DNA of 64,000 nucleotides, taken from Octopus vulgaris (Eukaryota). Shown one piece after another: positions 1 through 15,829 of the stretch; the stretch's first letter is position 1, and each line of letters starts with the position of its first letter. The notes beneath the pieces were generated by a model. It was given only the letters and a program-made list of their open reading frames with translations. It had not been told where the DNA came from and did not search any database. Where the stretch lies: positions 137,888,001 through 137,952,000 of the forward strand of contig OX597818.1 in the NCBI GenBank assembly GCA_951406725.2, written 5' to 3'. The translations under genes were made by a program, and so were the position numbers.

Positions 1-264
1 GACGAGTTAATTTTTAGAAATTTCTCCACATTTAACCTCCAAACGGTTCCTTTTGATGTGTCAACTTTCCTATCGCCCATCCACCCACTCTGCATATATC
101 GACATCACAATCAACATCATCTTCTCCCCTTTTATTTTAACAACATGTCTTCATTTCTCCAGCTTGGTAAAAAAGAAAAATTTTTAGATTGGGAATTTGT
201 AATTATAACGTGTATAATGTAGAGCACGTATTACTGAGCGTATGAATGAGTGGCAGTTTGTGTG

Positions 265-2230
<1,966 letters not shown>

Positions 2231-2233
<3 letters not shown>

Positions 2234-2627
2234 TGTGGTAAGTAGCTTGCTAACCAACCACATGGTTCCGGGTTCAGTCCCAATGCGTAGCATCTTGGGC
2301 AAGTGTCTTCTGCTATACCCCCGGGCCGACCAATGCCTTGTGAGTGGTTTTGGTAGACAGAAACTGAAAGAAGCCTGTCGTATATATGTATATATATATG
2401 TATGTGTGTGTATGTGTTTGTGTGTCTGTGTTTGTCCCCCTAGCATTGCTTGACAACCGATGCTGGTGTGTTTACGTCTCCGTCACATAGCGGTTCGGCA
2501 AAAGAGACCGATAGAATAAGTACTGGGTTTACAAAGAATAAGTTCCGGGGTCGATTTGCTCGACTAAAAGGCGTTGCTCCAGCATGGCCGCAGTCAAATG
2601 ACTGAAACAAGTAAAAGAGTAAAAGAG
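2231..2627 (+). mobile_element. SINE family A, near full length, with internal TA/TG microsatellite and GTAAAAGA tail repeats
   Basis: tRNA-like head (TGGTAAGTAGCTTGC...GGTTCAGTCCC); high identity to 58461-58862 and 8617-8982. Confidence 0.85.
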
Positions 2628-3107
2628 TAATATATGTATATATATACATATATGTAGATATTTACATATACACACACACACATACATGTGTGTGTGTGTG
2701 TGTGTAAATTTATACTTGCTATATGTATATGTATACATATATATATATATAGAGAGAGAGACAGATACACAGAGAAAGACAGAGGGGAGAACTCTTTAGA
2801 GAGAGAGAGAGAGAGAGATCTTTGTGGTCATTATGCTTGAAATATGGCATTAACTCTGCTTGGCAATAGATGTGGTCTGGGCCATTTTGTTTGAGTCTAG
2901 TATCCTTAAGTTTTTTTTACATTAATTTTTGGTTTTTCTTACTAACTCTACAATAAATTTTACAGTAGTTTCAGATGTTCTGTTAAAACAAATCATACTG
3001 CGGTAGATACCAAGAGAAAAACTCTCACATAGCCTTTTGGTACAAAATGCGTGCTTGTTTATATTGCTAGCGGAGAGATAAATCTCCAGCAACTCCAGTA
3101 TCGAGAC

Positions 3108-3153
3108 CACCAGATTACGTGGTTTCAACCTTATTCGGTCTCATCAGCGATGG
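3108..3153 (-). ncRNA. Hammerhead-like motif (type I, imperfect stem I)
   Basis: Minus strand: ccatcg CTGATGA gacc-gaataa-ggtt GAAA ccacg TA atctggtgg. Confidence 0.5.
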
Positions 3154-3339
3154 ACGCTCGACCGCTAGAGATCGTAACGACTCATCTCCTCGCAAGTTAT
3201 ATAAACAAACATATGAGGGTTTTTCTCATGGTCTTTATCGCAGTAAAGTTTATCAGAATATCCACGTTTAATTGAGAATAAATATTACCTCACGTATATA
3301 TTAAGCAATATTTACCATGTCATGATGTTTTATGAATAA

Positions 3340-3731
3340 CTAGCAGTATCGCCCGGCGTTGCTCGGGTTTGTAAGGGAAATAACTATATAAGCATTTTTA
3401 GAGATGTAAAGTATAATAGCCATCTCAATATGGTTAACCACAAAGGGGGGTTACTGTAGCTTTTTACGTTCTGAGATTTAATAAAACATTTTTAGAGAGT
3501 TACTTTCCTTATATATGCCAAAAATGCATTAAAAATGGGAAAAATTGATGGTAATTTTTTTTTAAATGGTAGACTCATTGTAGATGCGCGCTAATACCCA
3601 GAAGGGCTCGATATGAATCACGACTATAAGATACCCGGTTTTGGTTAAACTGCACCGCAAAATGTGGGAGTAGTTAGGAATCTAAATCGTAGAAGACAGA
3701 CAGCACACAACCTCACTTTTATATATAAAGA
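3340..3731 (-). mobile_element. Non-autonomous Helitron
   Basis: Minus strand starts A|TCTTTATATATAAAAG and ends CCCGAGCAACGCCGGGCGATACTGCTAG|T; no TSD; near-identical to 22584-22973. Confidence 0.8.
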
Positions 3732-4533
3732 TGTGATAATCGTATTAACTAGTCACTTATAATATCTTCTCGCTAGATATTTAGTTCTAGTTCACCGTTT
3801 AATGCTGAATGTATTAAAGATATTATTACTAACGTCACTGCTACGTTGGTTTATTGTTGTTTTTCTTCTTTTTTGTATTTTTGCTTTCTTTGTTTTGTTT
3901 TGTTTTTTTTCTCATGTAGGAATCTCTGAATTATTTCACTTCTTAGTAATACTATGCTTCATTTGTTTCTAAAGTTGATTATGAAATGTGTGGGAGGTAA
4001 ACAGACTAAGAATGCATGAAATAGACATGAAAAACCAACCCAAACATTGTGTGCGGAACACCAGCTCATGACATAAAACTGGTGATTGCCAAACTCCAGC
4101 CAGATGCAAGACTCTTGGAAACCAGATCCGAAAATTTTAAATGGTCAGTTACATACTTTATCTTCTTGATCTGGATATATTCATAGAAACTAATTTTTTC
4201 TTCTTATCGTTATAAAAATTATTTATCATCTGATCTGAATGATTTTATGGAAACTATTTTTTGACTCATCACAGAGGATACACAAAGAATCAAACTTTTT
4301 CTCATCATTGTCAAAGATTCTATGACTTGATTTGAATAAATTTTTGTAAACTAAATTTTGACACCAAAGAAGCTACACAGAACCTAACTCTTCAGTTTTG
4401 ATTATGAAAAATATTTTTAAATAATTGAAAACGGTTCTTTTAAAAGTCTCTTATATATATATACTGGAGTAAACACATAAATGTGAAACAAGGTGGAAAA
4501 AAAGTACTCAAATACCAGTGGTAGAGTAATATG

Positions 4534-4638
4534 CTTTATTTAAAGCAGCAGAAAATTCAACAAAACCTGTTACTCTGAGGTTCAACGGGAAACTCAGAGT
4601 AACAGGTTTTGTTGAATTTTCTGCTGCTTTAAATAAAG
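4534..4638. repeat. Perfect inverted repeat (46-bp arms, 13-bp loop) containing a hammerhead 3' half
   Basis: 4534-4579 is the reverse complement of 4593-4638; GAAA-ctcagag-TA at the loop edge. Confidence 0.85.
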
Positions 4639-4797
4639 TATATATATATATATATATATATGTCTGTATATGTAAATATGCATGCATATATGTATATGTA
4701 TGTATATATTTATATGAATGTATATATATATATATATATACATATATGTGTGTGTGTGTGTATGTGTGTTATAACAGTGACTCGATCAATTCCTAGG

Positions 4798-4839
4798 GAT
4801 ATCTGAAGATGGAATCTTTGTATTCCGAAATATCATATC
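4798..4839 (+). ncRNA. Minimal type I hammerhead ribozyme
   Basis: gatat CTGAAGA t ggaat-ctttgt-attcc GAAA ta TC atatc; stems I and II pair perfectly, palindromic ATAT stem III. Confidence 0.75.
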
Positions 4840-4999
4840 AGACAATGGATGATTAAATTATAACAGTTATTATATTCCATTGCTCTTATTATGGTGCATT
4901 GTTGCACCATTCAAAACACATTATATTTTACAAACAATAACAATATTTAAGTGAACTACAATACTCTCCAATATATATATATACATATATATGTGAAAG

Positions 5000-5342
5000 T
5001 GAAGGCGCATGGCTCAATGGTTAGAGCATCGAGCTTACGATCGTGAGGTTGTGAGCTCGAATCCCGGACCGGGCTGCGTGTTGTGTTCTTGAGCAAGGCA
5101 CTTTATTTCACGTTGCTCCAGTTCACTCAGCTGTAGAAATGAGTTGCGACGTCACTGGTGCCAAGCTGTATCGACCCTTGTCTTTCCCTTGGATAACACT
5201 GGTGGCGTGGAGAGGGGAGGCTGGTATGCATGGGCGACTGCTGGTCTTCCATAAACAACCTTGCCCGGACTTGTGTCTCGGAGGGTAACTTTCTAGGTGC
5301 AATCCCATGGTCATTCATGACCGAAGGGGGTCTTTACCCCTT
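5000..5342 (+). mobile_element. SINE family D, tRNA-derived, full length
   Basis: A box TGGCTCAATGG, B-box-like GCTCGAATCC; 12-bp TSD TATATGTGAAAG at 4988-4999 and 5343-5354. Confidence 0.85.
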
Positions 5343-5408
5343 TATATGTGAAAGAAGGTTTGAAAACGCAATTTTAAAGATGTTTATACCTTTGACCAGT
5401 TTCACTTG

Positions 5409-5474
<66 letters not shown>

Positions 5475-5546
5475 GCAGAAAGAATGAAACCGGTCAAGTG
5501 AATAAACATCTTTAAAATTGCATTTTCAAACCTTCTTTCATATATA
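5343..5546. repeat. Imperfect ~62-bp inverted repeat flanking (TA)n(GA)n; Penelope-like tail fragment
   Basis: 5343-5404 matches the reverse complement of 5485-5546; contains GAAA-ccgg-TC (hammerhead stem III and cleavage site). Confidence 0.7.
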
Positions 5547-5581
5547 TTTTCAATCGTGCGGTATCTTACAACTTTACTTTG

Positions 5582-5688
<107 letters not shown>

Positions 5689-5711
5689 CATACTTACATA
5701 CATACATATAT

Positions 5712-6040
5712 TCTTTTACTTTTATTTGTTTCAGTCAGTTTACTGCGGCCATGCTGGAGCACCACCCTTTAGTCGAGCAAATCGATCACAGGACTTAGTC
5801 TTTGTAAGCCAAGTACTTATTCTATCGGTCTCTTTGCCGAACCGCTAAGTTACAGGGATGTAAACATACCAGCATTGGTTGTCAAGCGATGCTGGTGTGT
5901 GAGCAAACACAGACACACAAACATGTACATATAAATAGAGAGAAAACTTCTTTCAATTTCCGTCTACCGAATCCATTCACAAGGCCTTGCCCGAGGTGCC
6001 ACGCAGCACACAGTGCGACTGAACCCGGAACCATGTGGTT
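5712..6040 (-). mobile_element. SINE family A, diverged with deletions
   Basis: Reverse-complement match to 2231-2627. Confidence 0.8.
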
Positions 6041-6046
6041 GATATG

Positions 6047-6143
<97 letters not shown>

Positions 6144-6642
6144 GCTATTATATTAAACTGTCTTGTGTCCAAATTTGGCCAATTACGTTTTTCCAATATT
6201 TATTTTTGCTTGCAATAGTCAGTTCTTTTGGTCAAACTATCGTATCTCCAGCTACTTCTGATGCCAAGATATCAAAAATTGTCAGTATAGTACAAAGGTT
6301 TTGGTATGGAATGGTGAAACTATTCTTTTTTTTTTTTGCTTGCTCAAAATCAACGTTTTGGACTTACAATACTTTTGCAAAATAGCAACGATATATATAC
6401 ACACACATGTATGTATTTGTTTGTTTGTAACTCCACTACTGCTTGAAACCGGTTATGACTTGCTTATGTCTCCGTGAGTCAACTGTTCAGTAAATGGGCC
6501 CCGGTAGTACAAATACAAGGTTTTAAAAAAATTATTATTCAGCTCTATATGTTCGTCTGAACCCTTCCGATCATTGCACCAGCATGGTCGCAATTACTGA
6601 CTGCAGCAAGCAAATGATAAAATAACTGAAGATGTTAAATAA

Positions 6643-6861
6643 TCCATTCTACTAAAGGTAAAATGCCTGAAATTTGGTGGGAGGGAATTAGTCGATAACA
6701 TCGACTCCAGTGCTCCACTGTTACATAATTGATCGACCACGAAAGAATGAAAGACAAAGTCGACCTCGGTGGAATTTGGACTCAGAACGTAAAGGCGGAC
6801 GAAATGCCGCAAAGCATTTTGCGCGGCGTGATATCGATTCTGCCAGTTCACAGCCTGAATG
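6643..6861 (-). mobile_element. SINE family B, diverged
   Basis: AAAGTCGACCTCGGTGGAATTTGGACTCAGAACGTAAAG core; flanking duplication TGTTAAATAA. Confidence 0.75.
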
Positions 6862-7585
6862 TGTTAAATAACAACATTTCAAAAGATGTAGAAACATAAG
6901 TCTTAACATTCGTAAAAACCATAATATCATTCAACTACAGCAGTAGTTGAATAATATTCTTAACGTAGCTTTTTTGTCGCAGTCGGCGTCTTCCAAGCAG
7001 TCTCCCTAATTTAGTTTTAATCGAAATCAAATTTAGGTTTTTGAATTATATTTGACTACTGATAAGCTACATTTAGACATAAAATACTTTAAATCTGGTG
7101 CAGTAGAACAAAAGTTAAGAGAAAAAATGTATAAACCATTTTTATTGACTGACGGGTTATAACGCCCGACATCGACATTTTGAATCCACACCATTCTTTT
7201 AATTTTTGTTAAGAATTATTATATTGATATTAATATGAAAGAGAAATGTTAAAGGAATATACTGGTAAAGGTTTCGTAAAATTTTATCCATTAGAAAAAA
7301 GATATTTAATTTTAATTCTCAAATTTTTATCAATTTTTGCGTGATATTAAAGGGGCAGCGCTCATATATGAAATAAACTATTTCTTATGCGCTCACAAAA
7401 TGAACGATAAAAGGCAAAACAAATCGATACAAAGGGTTCTAATATTTATTTTCATTAGTCTAAATTATTTTTTGAAAGAAATGAAAATTTTTTGCTTAAT
7501 TTTTTGTAGTATGACTTTTTAAAGTCCATTTTTTAATAAATTATTTTAATAACAAGATCATTTAACAAAATATAATTTTTTTGAT

Positions 7586-7842
7586 TTTGTCTCTATGAGT
7601 AGTACTGAATCATGTAGTAGGGCTGTTCAGAAAAGGCAAATGACAAAAAAATCAAATATTTTAACATTCAATTTTCACAATTTTTAAATTTTCAAACATG
7701 GAGTTAATTATTTGCATGCTAAAAATGACTTCATTTATAATTTATCTATTAATTTTATAGTAAATAGAATATAATTATTTGTGGCTTTGTCTCTATGAGC
7801 AATACGGAAGTCTGTAGTAAGGCTGTTCAGAAAAGGCAAATG
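7586..7842. repeat. Two ~57-bp direct repeats 200 bp apart
   Basis: TTTGTCTCTATGAG...GGCTGTTCAGAAAAGGCAAATG at 7586-7642 and 7786-7842. Confidence 0.75.
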
Positions 7843-8154
7843 CTGCTTGTAATTATATTCTATTCAATACTAATTAAATTTGATTTAATTTAAATAAAGT
7901 CATTTTATTGAATTTGTACTCTCATTTTTTTTTCATTATTTTAAAAATTCTTTAAATATATTCATTTGTAACTTCATTTGTTTGTGTTCGACTAGTTTTA
8001 TTATAAGTAAAAGATTACGGAGATGTACTTGCATAGCAAGTGACTTGATCTGAGATCGTGTGCTGGAACGAAAACAATTGCAGCGTGGAATGTGTTTATA
8101 AGCCATTTAAGAAACGCACGAAACCGTTAGATTCACTTCAACATTTAAATTTAA

Positions 8155-8205
8155 TTTGTCAAAATATTTTCGTCGCTTTGAGACCGCGACCTCTTCACTG
8201 ACAAA
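8155..8205 (-). ncRNA. Type I hammerhead-like motif with variant core (GTGAAGA)
   Basis: Minus strand: tttgtca GTGAAGA g gtcgc-ggtctcaaa-gcgac GAAA atattt tgacaaa. Confidence 0.55.
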
Positions 8206-8271
8206 GCTTCGTGCTAAGGATCAAAAGTAATTTTGATTGAAATGCAACACACAATGTCAAGAAGTATAGAT

Positions 8272-8408
8272 TGGTAAGAAGCTTTCTTCCCAGGCACATG
8301 GTTCTGGGTTCAGTCCCACATTGGCGCACCTAGAGCAAGTATTTTCTACTATAGCTTCAGACCGACCAAGCCTTGTGAGTGGATTAAGAAACTGAAAGAA
8401 GACCGTCG

Positions 8409-8469
<61 letters not shown>

Positions 8470-8484
8470 CTCACTTGTCCCCCC

Positions 8485-8519
<35 letters not shown>

Positions 8520-9196
8520 CATATACCGTATTTTAACGTGTAAAAGGAACCCTTTTTCGTCAAATACACACACCCACACACACACGCACACACACACACA
8601 CACACACATATATATACTCTTTTACTCTTTTACTTGTTTCAGTCATTTGACTGCGGCCATGCTGGAGCACCGCCTTTAATCGAGCAACTCGACCCCGGGA
8701 CTTATTCTTTTGTAAGCCCAGTACTTATTCCATCAGTCTCTTTTGCCGAACCGCTAAGTAACGGGGACATAGACACACCAGCATCGGTTGTCAAGCAATG
8801 CTAGGGGGACAAACACAGACACACAAACACACACACGCTTCTTTCAGTTTCCGTCTCCCAAATCCACTCACAAGGCTTTGGTCGGCCCGAGGCTATAGTA
8901 GAAGACACTTGCCCAAGGTGCCACGCAGTGGGACTGAACCCGGAACCATGTGGTTGGTAAACAAGCTACTTACCACACAGTCACTCGTGTGTGTGTTTGT
9001 GTCTGTGTTTGTCCCTCACCATCTCCTGACAACCAGTGTTGGTTTGGTTACGTTCCTGTAATTTAGCGATACGGCAAAAGATACCGATAGAATAAGTAGC
9101 AGGCTTAAACACAGAAATATGTACTGCGGTTGATTCATTCGACTGAAAAATTTCCCAATGTTGTGCCTCGGCATGGTTGCAGTCTAATGACTGAAA
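8272..9196 (+). mobile_element. Old SINE A copy split by a younger antisense SINE A
   Basis: 5' half at about 8272-8410 and 3' half at about 8987-9196. Confidence 0.7.
8617..8982 (-). mobile_element. SINE family A, near full length, nested
   Basis: Reverse complement of 2231-2627. Confidence 0.85.
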
Positions 9197-9726
9197 AATA
9201 TTCCATTGCCTTATCGAATCCACAATGAATCGCTCTTAAAAGAAATTCGTTAAGTAATGCCAGTTCTAGTTAAGAGTTTAGTAAATGATTGTAATGAATT
9301 CTATTTGCTGAAGTGTGAATATTTCCCCACAGAGATGAGTTGTGCCAATTGGCTGAAGTCCTAATCTGATTCACACTTACGTGAGAAAACAAACTTGATC
9401 CTGAAATGCCAAATATTGATACTGAAAGGAATAATTGACGCTAACCTTATCCATAACCTGTGACTAATTTCTGTTTATTTTTAGGGAATGAAACATAGCA
9501 GGTGTCTATGTTTATTTGGAACATGAATAAAAACGAATTAGGACAAATATAACACAATATGTTTGTATGTATGAAGGCAGCGAGCTGGCAGAATCGTTTG
9601 CACTCGAAGTAAAGTGTTTAGCGGAATTTCGTCCGTCTTTACGTTGTGAGTTCAAATTCCGCTGAGGATACAGTATATCTGCTATTAGTAAGCAGAAATT
9701 CTAAAAATAGATCTAAATAACATGCC

Positions 9727-9759
<33 letters not shown>

Positions 9760-9764
9760 ACATG

Positions 9765-9811
<47 letters not shown>

Positions 9812-10499
9812 TGCCTATATATATATATATATCAGTATAGTAATATACGAAAATGGTCAATTTGAAAAAAAAAGTGAATTTAATTTAACACGTTGACCCT
9901 GCGAATATGGTTCAACAGGTGCGATTTCCTTTGATAACGCAAAACCGGGTAGCCACAGAGTTTTATGTTTATGGTTAAGAGTAACGATGATTCTACCAAT
10001 AAGTAAGCCGTAAACACCATAATATGTGATGCCTGCTAAAGTATATTCAATAGTTTCTTAAAAATACATTTACGTGATTCTCTGGTATATTTGAATATAT
10101 GTTTGCACACATATTTACATAGCTCTATTGGACAATATTGATTTCTTACTGAGAAGTCTCTTATATGTCGATAAAATGGAGATTTTCACATAAGATGTAA
10201 CTTGTGTATAACATCAGTTCCCATCCACCACAAGAAATAAGCATCTTTACAATGTTAGTCATTAATAGTTATAACATCGAGATAATTTCTATCTAGGCTC
10301 TTTCCTTCTTCGTTATTTATTTATTCTTTTTTGCTTATTATACGTAAAACATAATTTCATCTTACAAGATTATAGAAAAACGATAGCTCGTATTACCTAG
10401 GCGATCTCCTAAAAGTAGTGGGCATGGATGGGATAAATTCAGAAATACCGTCGATCATCAAACAACTGAAATAATAATACATCGAAACCAATCTATAAG

Positions 10500-10749
10500 T
10501 ATATGTATGTGTGCGTATGAATACGTATGTGTATATATGTATACATATATATGTGTATGTATACATATATATACATTTATATATGTATACATATACACAC
10601 ACACGCTCATATATACATATATACACGTTCACACACATACATGTATGTCTCCACACACATACATGTATATATGTCTACACACACACATATATATATATAT
10701 ATACACTCATATTTATTCCGTTGTATACCGATATATACGTGCGTGTCTG

Positions 10750-10808
<59 letters not shown>

Positions 10809-10843
10809 ATGTGTGTGTATGCATATATACACACACATATCAT

Positions 10844-10881
<38 letters not shown>

Positions 10882-11681
10882 GTATATATAAATATATATA
10901 TATATTTATATAAATATATATGTACATATATATTTATATATATGAACATGTACATATATTTATAAATATATACATATACATATCCACATATATACATACA
11001 TACAACAGACATAGATACATACACACACACATACATACATACATACATACATACATACATACATACATACATACATACATACATACATACATACATACAC
11101 GCTTCAGTCTAAATACATACAGAATGAGACTAAGGGAGATAATTGCCGTATAAGTTATGGTGTTAGTCTTTTCTATCTAAAGCCAAAATGTGTTTATTCT
11201 ATTTGATACAATTAATCGGTTTTCGTTGAAGGAAATTCAAATTACTAAGTATTGCGTTGCTGTTGAATGTCTATCAGTGTTGAATTGAAAAGAAACACAA
11301 AGGAAACAGTGAGAAATACACAAAAGAATTCTTGTGGTGGATATCTATAAAGTTGAAGAAATTGCACATATGACAAATATTCTTTAATAACTTCATTCTC
11401 GTATGTTTGGAGTAAAGCACATTTTATCCATTCTTTTCTATTGTTGTTGCTGTTGCTGATGTTGCTACTGTTGCTGTTGTTGTTGTTGTTGTTGTTGTTG
11501 TTGTAGTTGTTGTTGCTGTTGTTGTTAGCATTGTTGTCAGTCAACAAAACGCGGAATTAGAAACGTAGATTAAACTGCTCCAATCCTGACGTCTTAGTTT
11601 AATGGCGGCGTAACTGACAGATGTCTGTAATGAGCTGGTGATACTAATAGGCGCGCGCAAATGTAATTATATGAGTCCTAA

Positions 11682-11727
<46 letters not shown>

Positions 11728-11892
11728 ACATACACACACGGATGGCACAGTCAAACAGACAAACACGCACAAACACATACATACATACATTTATAAATAT
11801 ACATATACATATGTATGTATATGTATGTGTGTATGTGTGTGAATATGTGTGTGTGTATGTCTATGTGTGCGCGTGCTGTGCATATGTGCATG

Positions 11893-11931
<39 letters not shown>

Positions 11932-12073
11932 GCATATGTGTGCATATACATGAATATATAAACACACACGCACACAACACACACACACACATATATATAG
12001 CTATATGTAAATATGTATATAAATATATAGATGGATGGATCCGTAGATAGATAGACAGACAGGTATATACACG

Positions 12074-12149
<76 letters not shown>

Positions 12150-12231
12150 GTACGTATTTATGTGTATGAATATATGCATGTATGTATATGTATAGGCGCA
12201 TGGCTATATCTGCCAGTCAGTTTTCTGTTTG

Positions 12232-12290
<59 letters not shown>

Positions 12291-12308
12291 ATATATATAT
12301 ATATGTTT

Positions 12309-12353
<45 letters not shown>

Positions 12354-12929
12354 CATATACACACACACACTCACACACTTACATACACACTCACAAATAG
12401 GTATACACACGCGTACATGCTCATATACGTACATACATATTTACATACATATATACACAAACATAACATGCTATCACAAATACACAGCGGAACGAAATTC
12501 CAGTCAATAATGCAAGCAATGCATATTTCTAAAGCAGTCAGAAAGGTATGTTGTAATTGCAAGACCCTAAATTTGATCCCTAATTTCTCCATCTAAATAT
12601 GTTCCTGAAATAGTATCACCGATACTTTTGCGGTAGTCTTAAGATGTGAAACATTTGCTTTATAATACGTGTCTTTCATGTTTAGAGTTCTTACAGAAAT
12701 TAGGGAAATTTTGACCGGATATACCAGCAAATACTTTTTTATTTGGGTTTTCAGGTCAGTAAGGCATATGCACAGCGCACGCACACACACTCACATACAC
12801 GTACACAGACACACAGATTTGTATGTGTACATGAATATGGATATGTGTAAATATATATATATATATGTATGTAAACACACACACTCACACATATATATAC
12901 ATATATATATACGTACACACACATATATG

Positions 12930-12997
<68 letters not shown>

Positions 12998-13080
12998 TAT
13001 GTATGTATATGCATATATATGTATATGTATATAGATATGTATATAGATAGAGAGCTAGCTAGACAGACAGACAGTAAGAG
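10500..13080. repeat. Microsatellite fields (TA, CA, TACA, CT, TTG)
   Basis: Direct reading. Confidence 0.85.
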
Positions 13081-13604
13081 AGAGATACAGGCAATCAGAC
13101 AGGTATACAGATAAATAGGCAGATGATTCGTTCTCATTTTCTCTCTGTAACAAACTAGGCGATCTTGTGGATGTTCCGTTTATATTGGTTGATAATTGTG
13201 CCAGTTTCAACAAGGAATGTAGACCACATAATAGGCACAATTTGTCGATGCCCAATTGACTTAGGCGAAGATAAATTGGTAGCTATTTCGAAAGATGAAA
13301 GCACAAAGATTCCTACAGATGGAGGTCAACTTTGATATATGCTGAGTTAGCAAGATAAGAGATATATTGTATTTGATATAAAATAGTATTTTCTCACATC
13401 TAACTTTGCTCGCTAACAAAATGTAAAACTTTACATGGATTGTGTTAATGATGGAACTTCTGTGTAGATGGTAGATTTGCTAGAAATCCCTATCAAGCCT
13501 TTCTCAAATCAAACATTTACTGTCTTAATTAAAGAAATGATACATCGGGTGATGTAGTTTTACATAGAGCATTTCTGAAAATATATGTACTATGGCCAGC
13601 CCTG

Positions 13605-13965
13605 AAGGCGGCGAGATGGCAGAAACGTTAGCACGACGGGCGAAATGCCTAGCGGTATTTCGTCTGCCGTTATGTTCTGAGTTCAAATTCCGCGGAGGTC
13701 GACTTTGCCTTTCATCCTTTCAGAGTCAATTAAATATGTACCAGTTACGCACTGGGGTCGATATAATTGACTTAATCCGTTTTGTCTGTCCTTATTTGTC
13801 TCCTCTACGTTTAATCCCTTGTGAGTAGTAAAGAAATAGGTATTTCGTCTGTCTTTACATTCTGAGTTCAAATTCCGCCGAGGTTGACTTTTCCTTTCAT
13901 CCTTTCGGGGTCGATAAATTAAGAACCAGTTGCGTACTAGGGTTTTGCCTAGAGTAGAAAAGAAT
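13605..13965 (+). mobile_element. SINE family B, dimeric form
   Basis: GGCGGCGAGATGGCAGAAACGTTAGC head; the TTCTGAGTTCAAATTCCG...CCTTTCATCCTTTC module occurs twice. Confidence 0.85.
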
Positions 13966-14414
13966 TCGAGATGACTTTAAAAACATTTGTAAATCATAGA
14001 ATATCTAAGGATCCTGTCAGCCACTATTTATTGTTTTCCCTAACGATAGGTGGAAATTCTAACCAAACATGAATTGGTAAATTTTATAACTTGGGAATGT
14101 GGTTGTTCAGTAACGTACACAGCCAGTTATTTCGCTTTGACTGGTGCATAATTCTTGCGGCTTTCTTCAACAAATTTTATTCGACAAAAACAATAATAAC
14201 ATGTAACAAAAGCATCTTTAAATTATTATTCCGGAGCATATTCACCATCTACTTCAATTACTGTTTCCTATTTGCTCGGGAGACGCCAGACCGTCATTTA
14301 AAGATGTTTTTGTTAAATAGTGTTATTGGTTTTTGTTGAAAAAAAATTGTTGAAAAAAAAAGACGCAATAATTATGCAAAAACCCAATATATAAGGTTGT
14401 ATGTCTACATATGT

Positions 14415-14807
14415 GGTGGAAGCACTCCGTCGGTTACGACGACGAGGGTTCCGGTTGATCCGAATCAACGGAACAGCCTGCTCATGAAATTAACGTGTAA
14501 GTGGCTGAGCACTCCACAGACACGTGTACCCTTAACGTAGTTCTCGGGGATATTCAGCGTGACACAGAGAGTGACAAGGTCGGCCCTTTGAAATACAGGT
14601 ACAACAGAAACAGGAAGTAAGAGTGAGAGAAAGTTGTGGTGAAAGAGTACAGCAGGGATCACCACCATCCCCTGCCGGAGCCTCGTGGAGCTTTAGGTGT
14701 TTTCGCTCAATAAACACTCACAACGCCCGGTCTGGGAATCGAAACCGCGATCCTATGACCGCGAGTCCGCTGCCCTAACCACTGGGCCATTGCGCCTCCA
14801 CTACATG
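14415..14807 (-). mobile_element. SINE family C, tRNA-derived, full length
   Basis: Matches 43509-43892; 21-bp TSD AGGTTGTATGTCTACATATGT at 14394-14414 and 14808-14828. Confidence 0.9.
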
Positions 14808-15036
14808 AGGTTGTATGTCTACATATGTACGGTAGATTGACATGAAAAAGAAGTAAGTTAGCGAACGCTATTACCAGTTTCTGTTTATCCGGAGGTGCAT
14901 GATTCGATTGCTGAAACAAAATCAGATATAAAACAAAACTATCAATACTGGTGATACAGCATGGCGGCGAACTGCGGTCGATTTGAAATTGCTGGCCTTG
15001 TGCCAAAATTTGAAGCTCATGTTAATATGTCCTGTA

Positions 15037-15230
15037 GGGTAGCCAAATGGTAGAATCGTTGGTGCGCCGGGGAAAATATTTAACGGCATTTCTTCCGTCT
15101 TTACGTTCGGAGTTCAAATGTCGCTAAAATCGGCTTTGCTCTTCATCCTTTCGATGTTCGATAAAATAAGTACCAGAAGAGCAGTGGGCTCGAAGTAATC
15201 GACTTAACTCCGTCCTCGAAATATGAAACC
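15037..15230 (+). mobile_element. SINE family B, diverged
   Basis: Similarity to 18166-18557. Confidence 0.65.
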
Positions 15231-15794
15231 AATGTTAGCAGCATTGCTCCTATCCTTGACGATGGTCATGAATGTTGGGTAATGACCAAAATGGTACGTA
15301 CGCGAGTTCACCCGGCCGAAATGGGGTTCCCCTGAAGAATCTCTGGATTAACGTTACTCGACAGGGTGCGTAGCTTGGAGAACAGGGAGAACAGGCAGAA
15401 CAGAGAGATTCCCAAGGTCGAGCCTCTACTTCCCCGCAATGAGACGTCACAACTTTTGTAAGTCATGTGATTTGAATGTTGCAGGAAAGAATCGCGAGAC
15501 AGGTTCTTCAAGCCGAGCTAACCGGCAGGAGCCTTAGGGTAAGCTAACAAAGAGATGGCTGAATGTAGACGTTAATCTATAGTTCCAGTTGATAGCAACT
15601 GGAATGCAACCGGAAAGTCTAACGACGGTCGATTCTGAGAGGATTTTGTGAAGGAAATGTCTGAGGAATCTACCTGCACGATTCGGAACCATCGAACTTA
15701 AAGTCTCGTAGGCTCTTTGCAGAAAACTAGTTTTAAATGTTAATAATATATGTAACATTTATTAAATCTTTCGTTCGTCCACTCACTCGTATGC

Positions 15795-15829
<35 letters not shown>

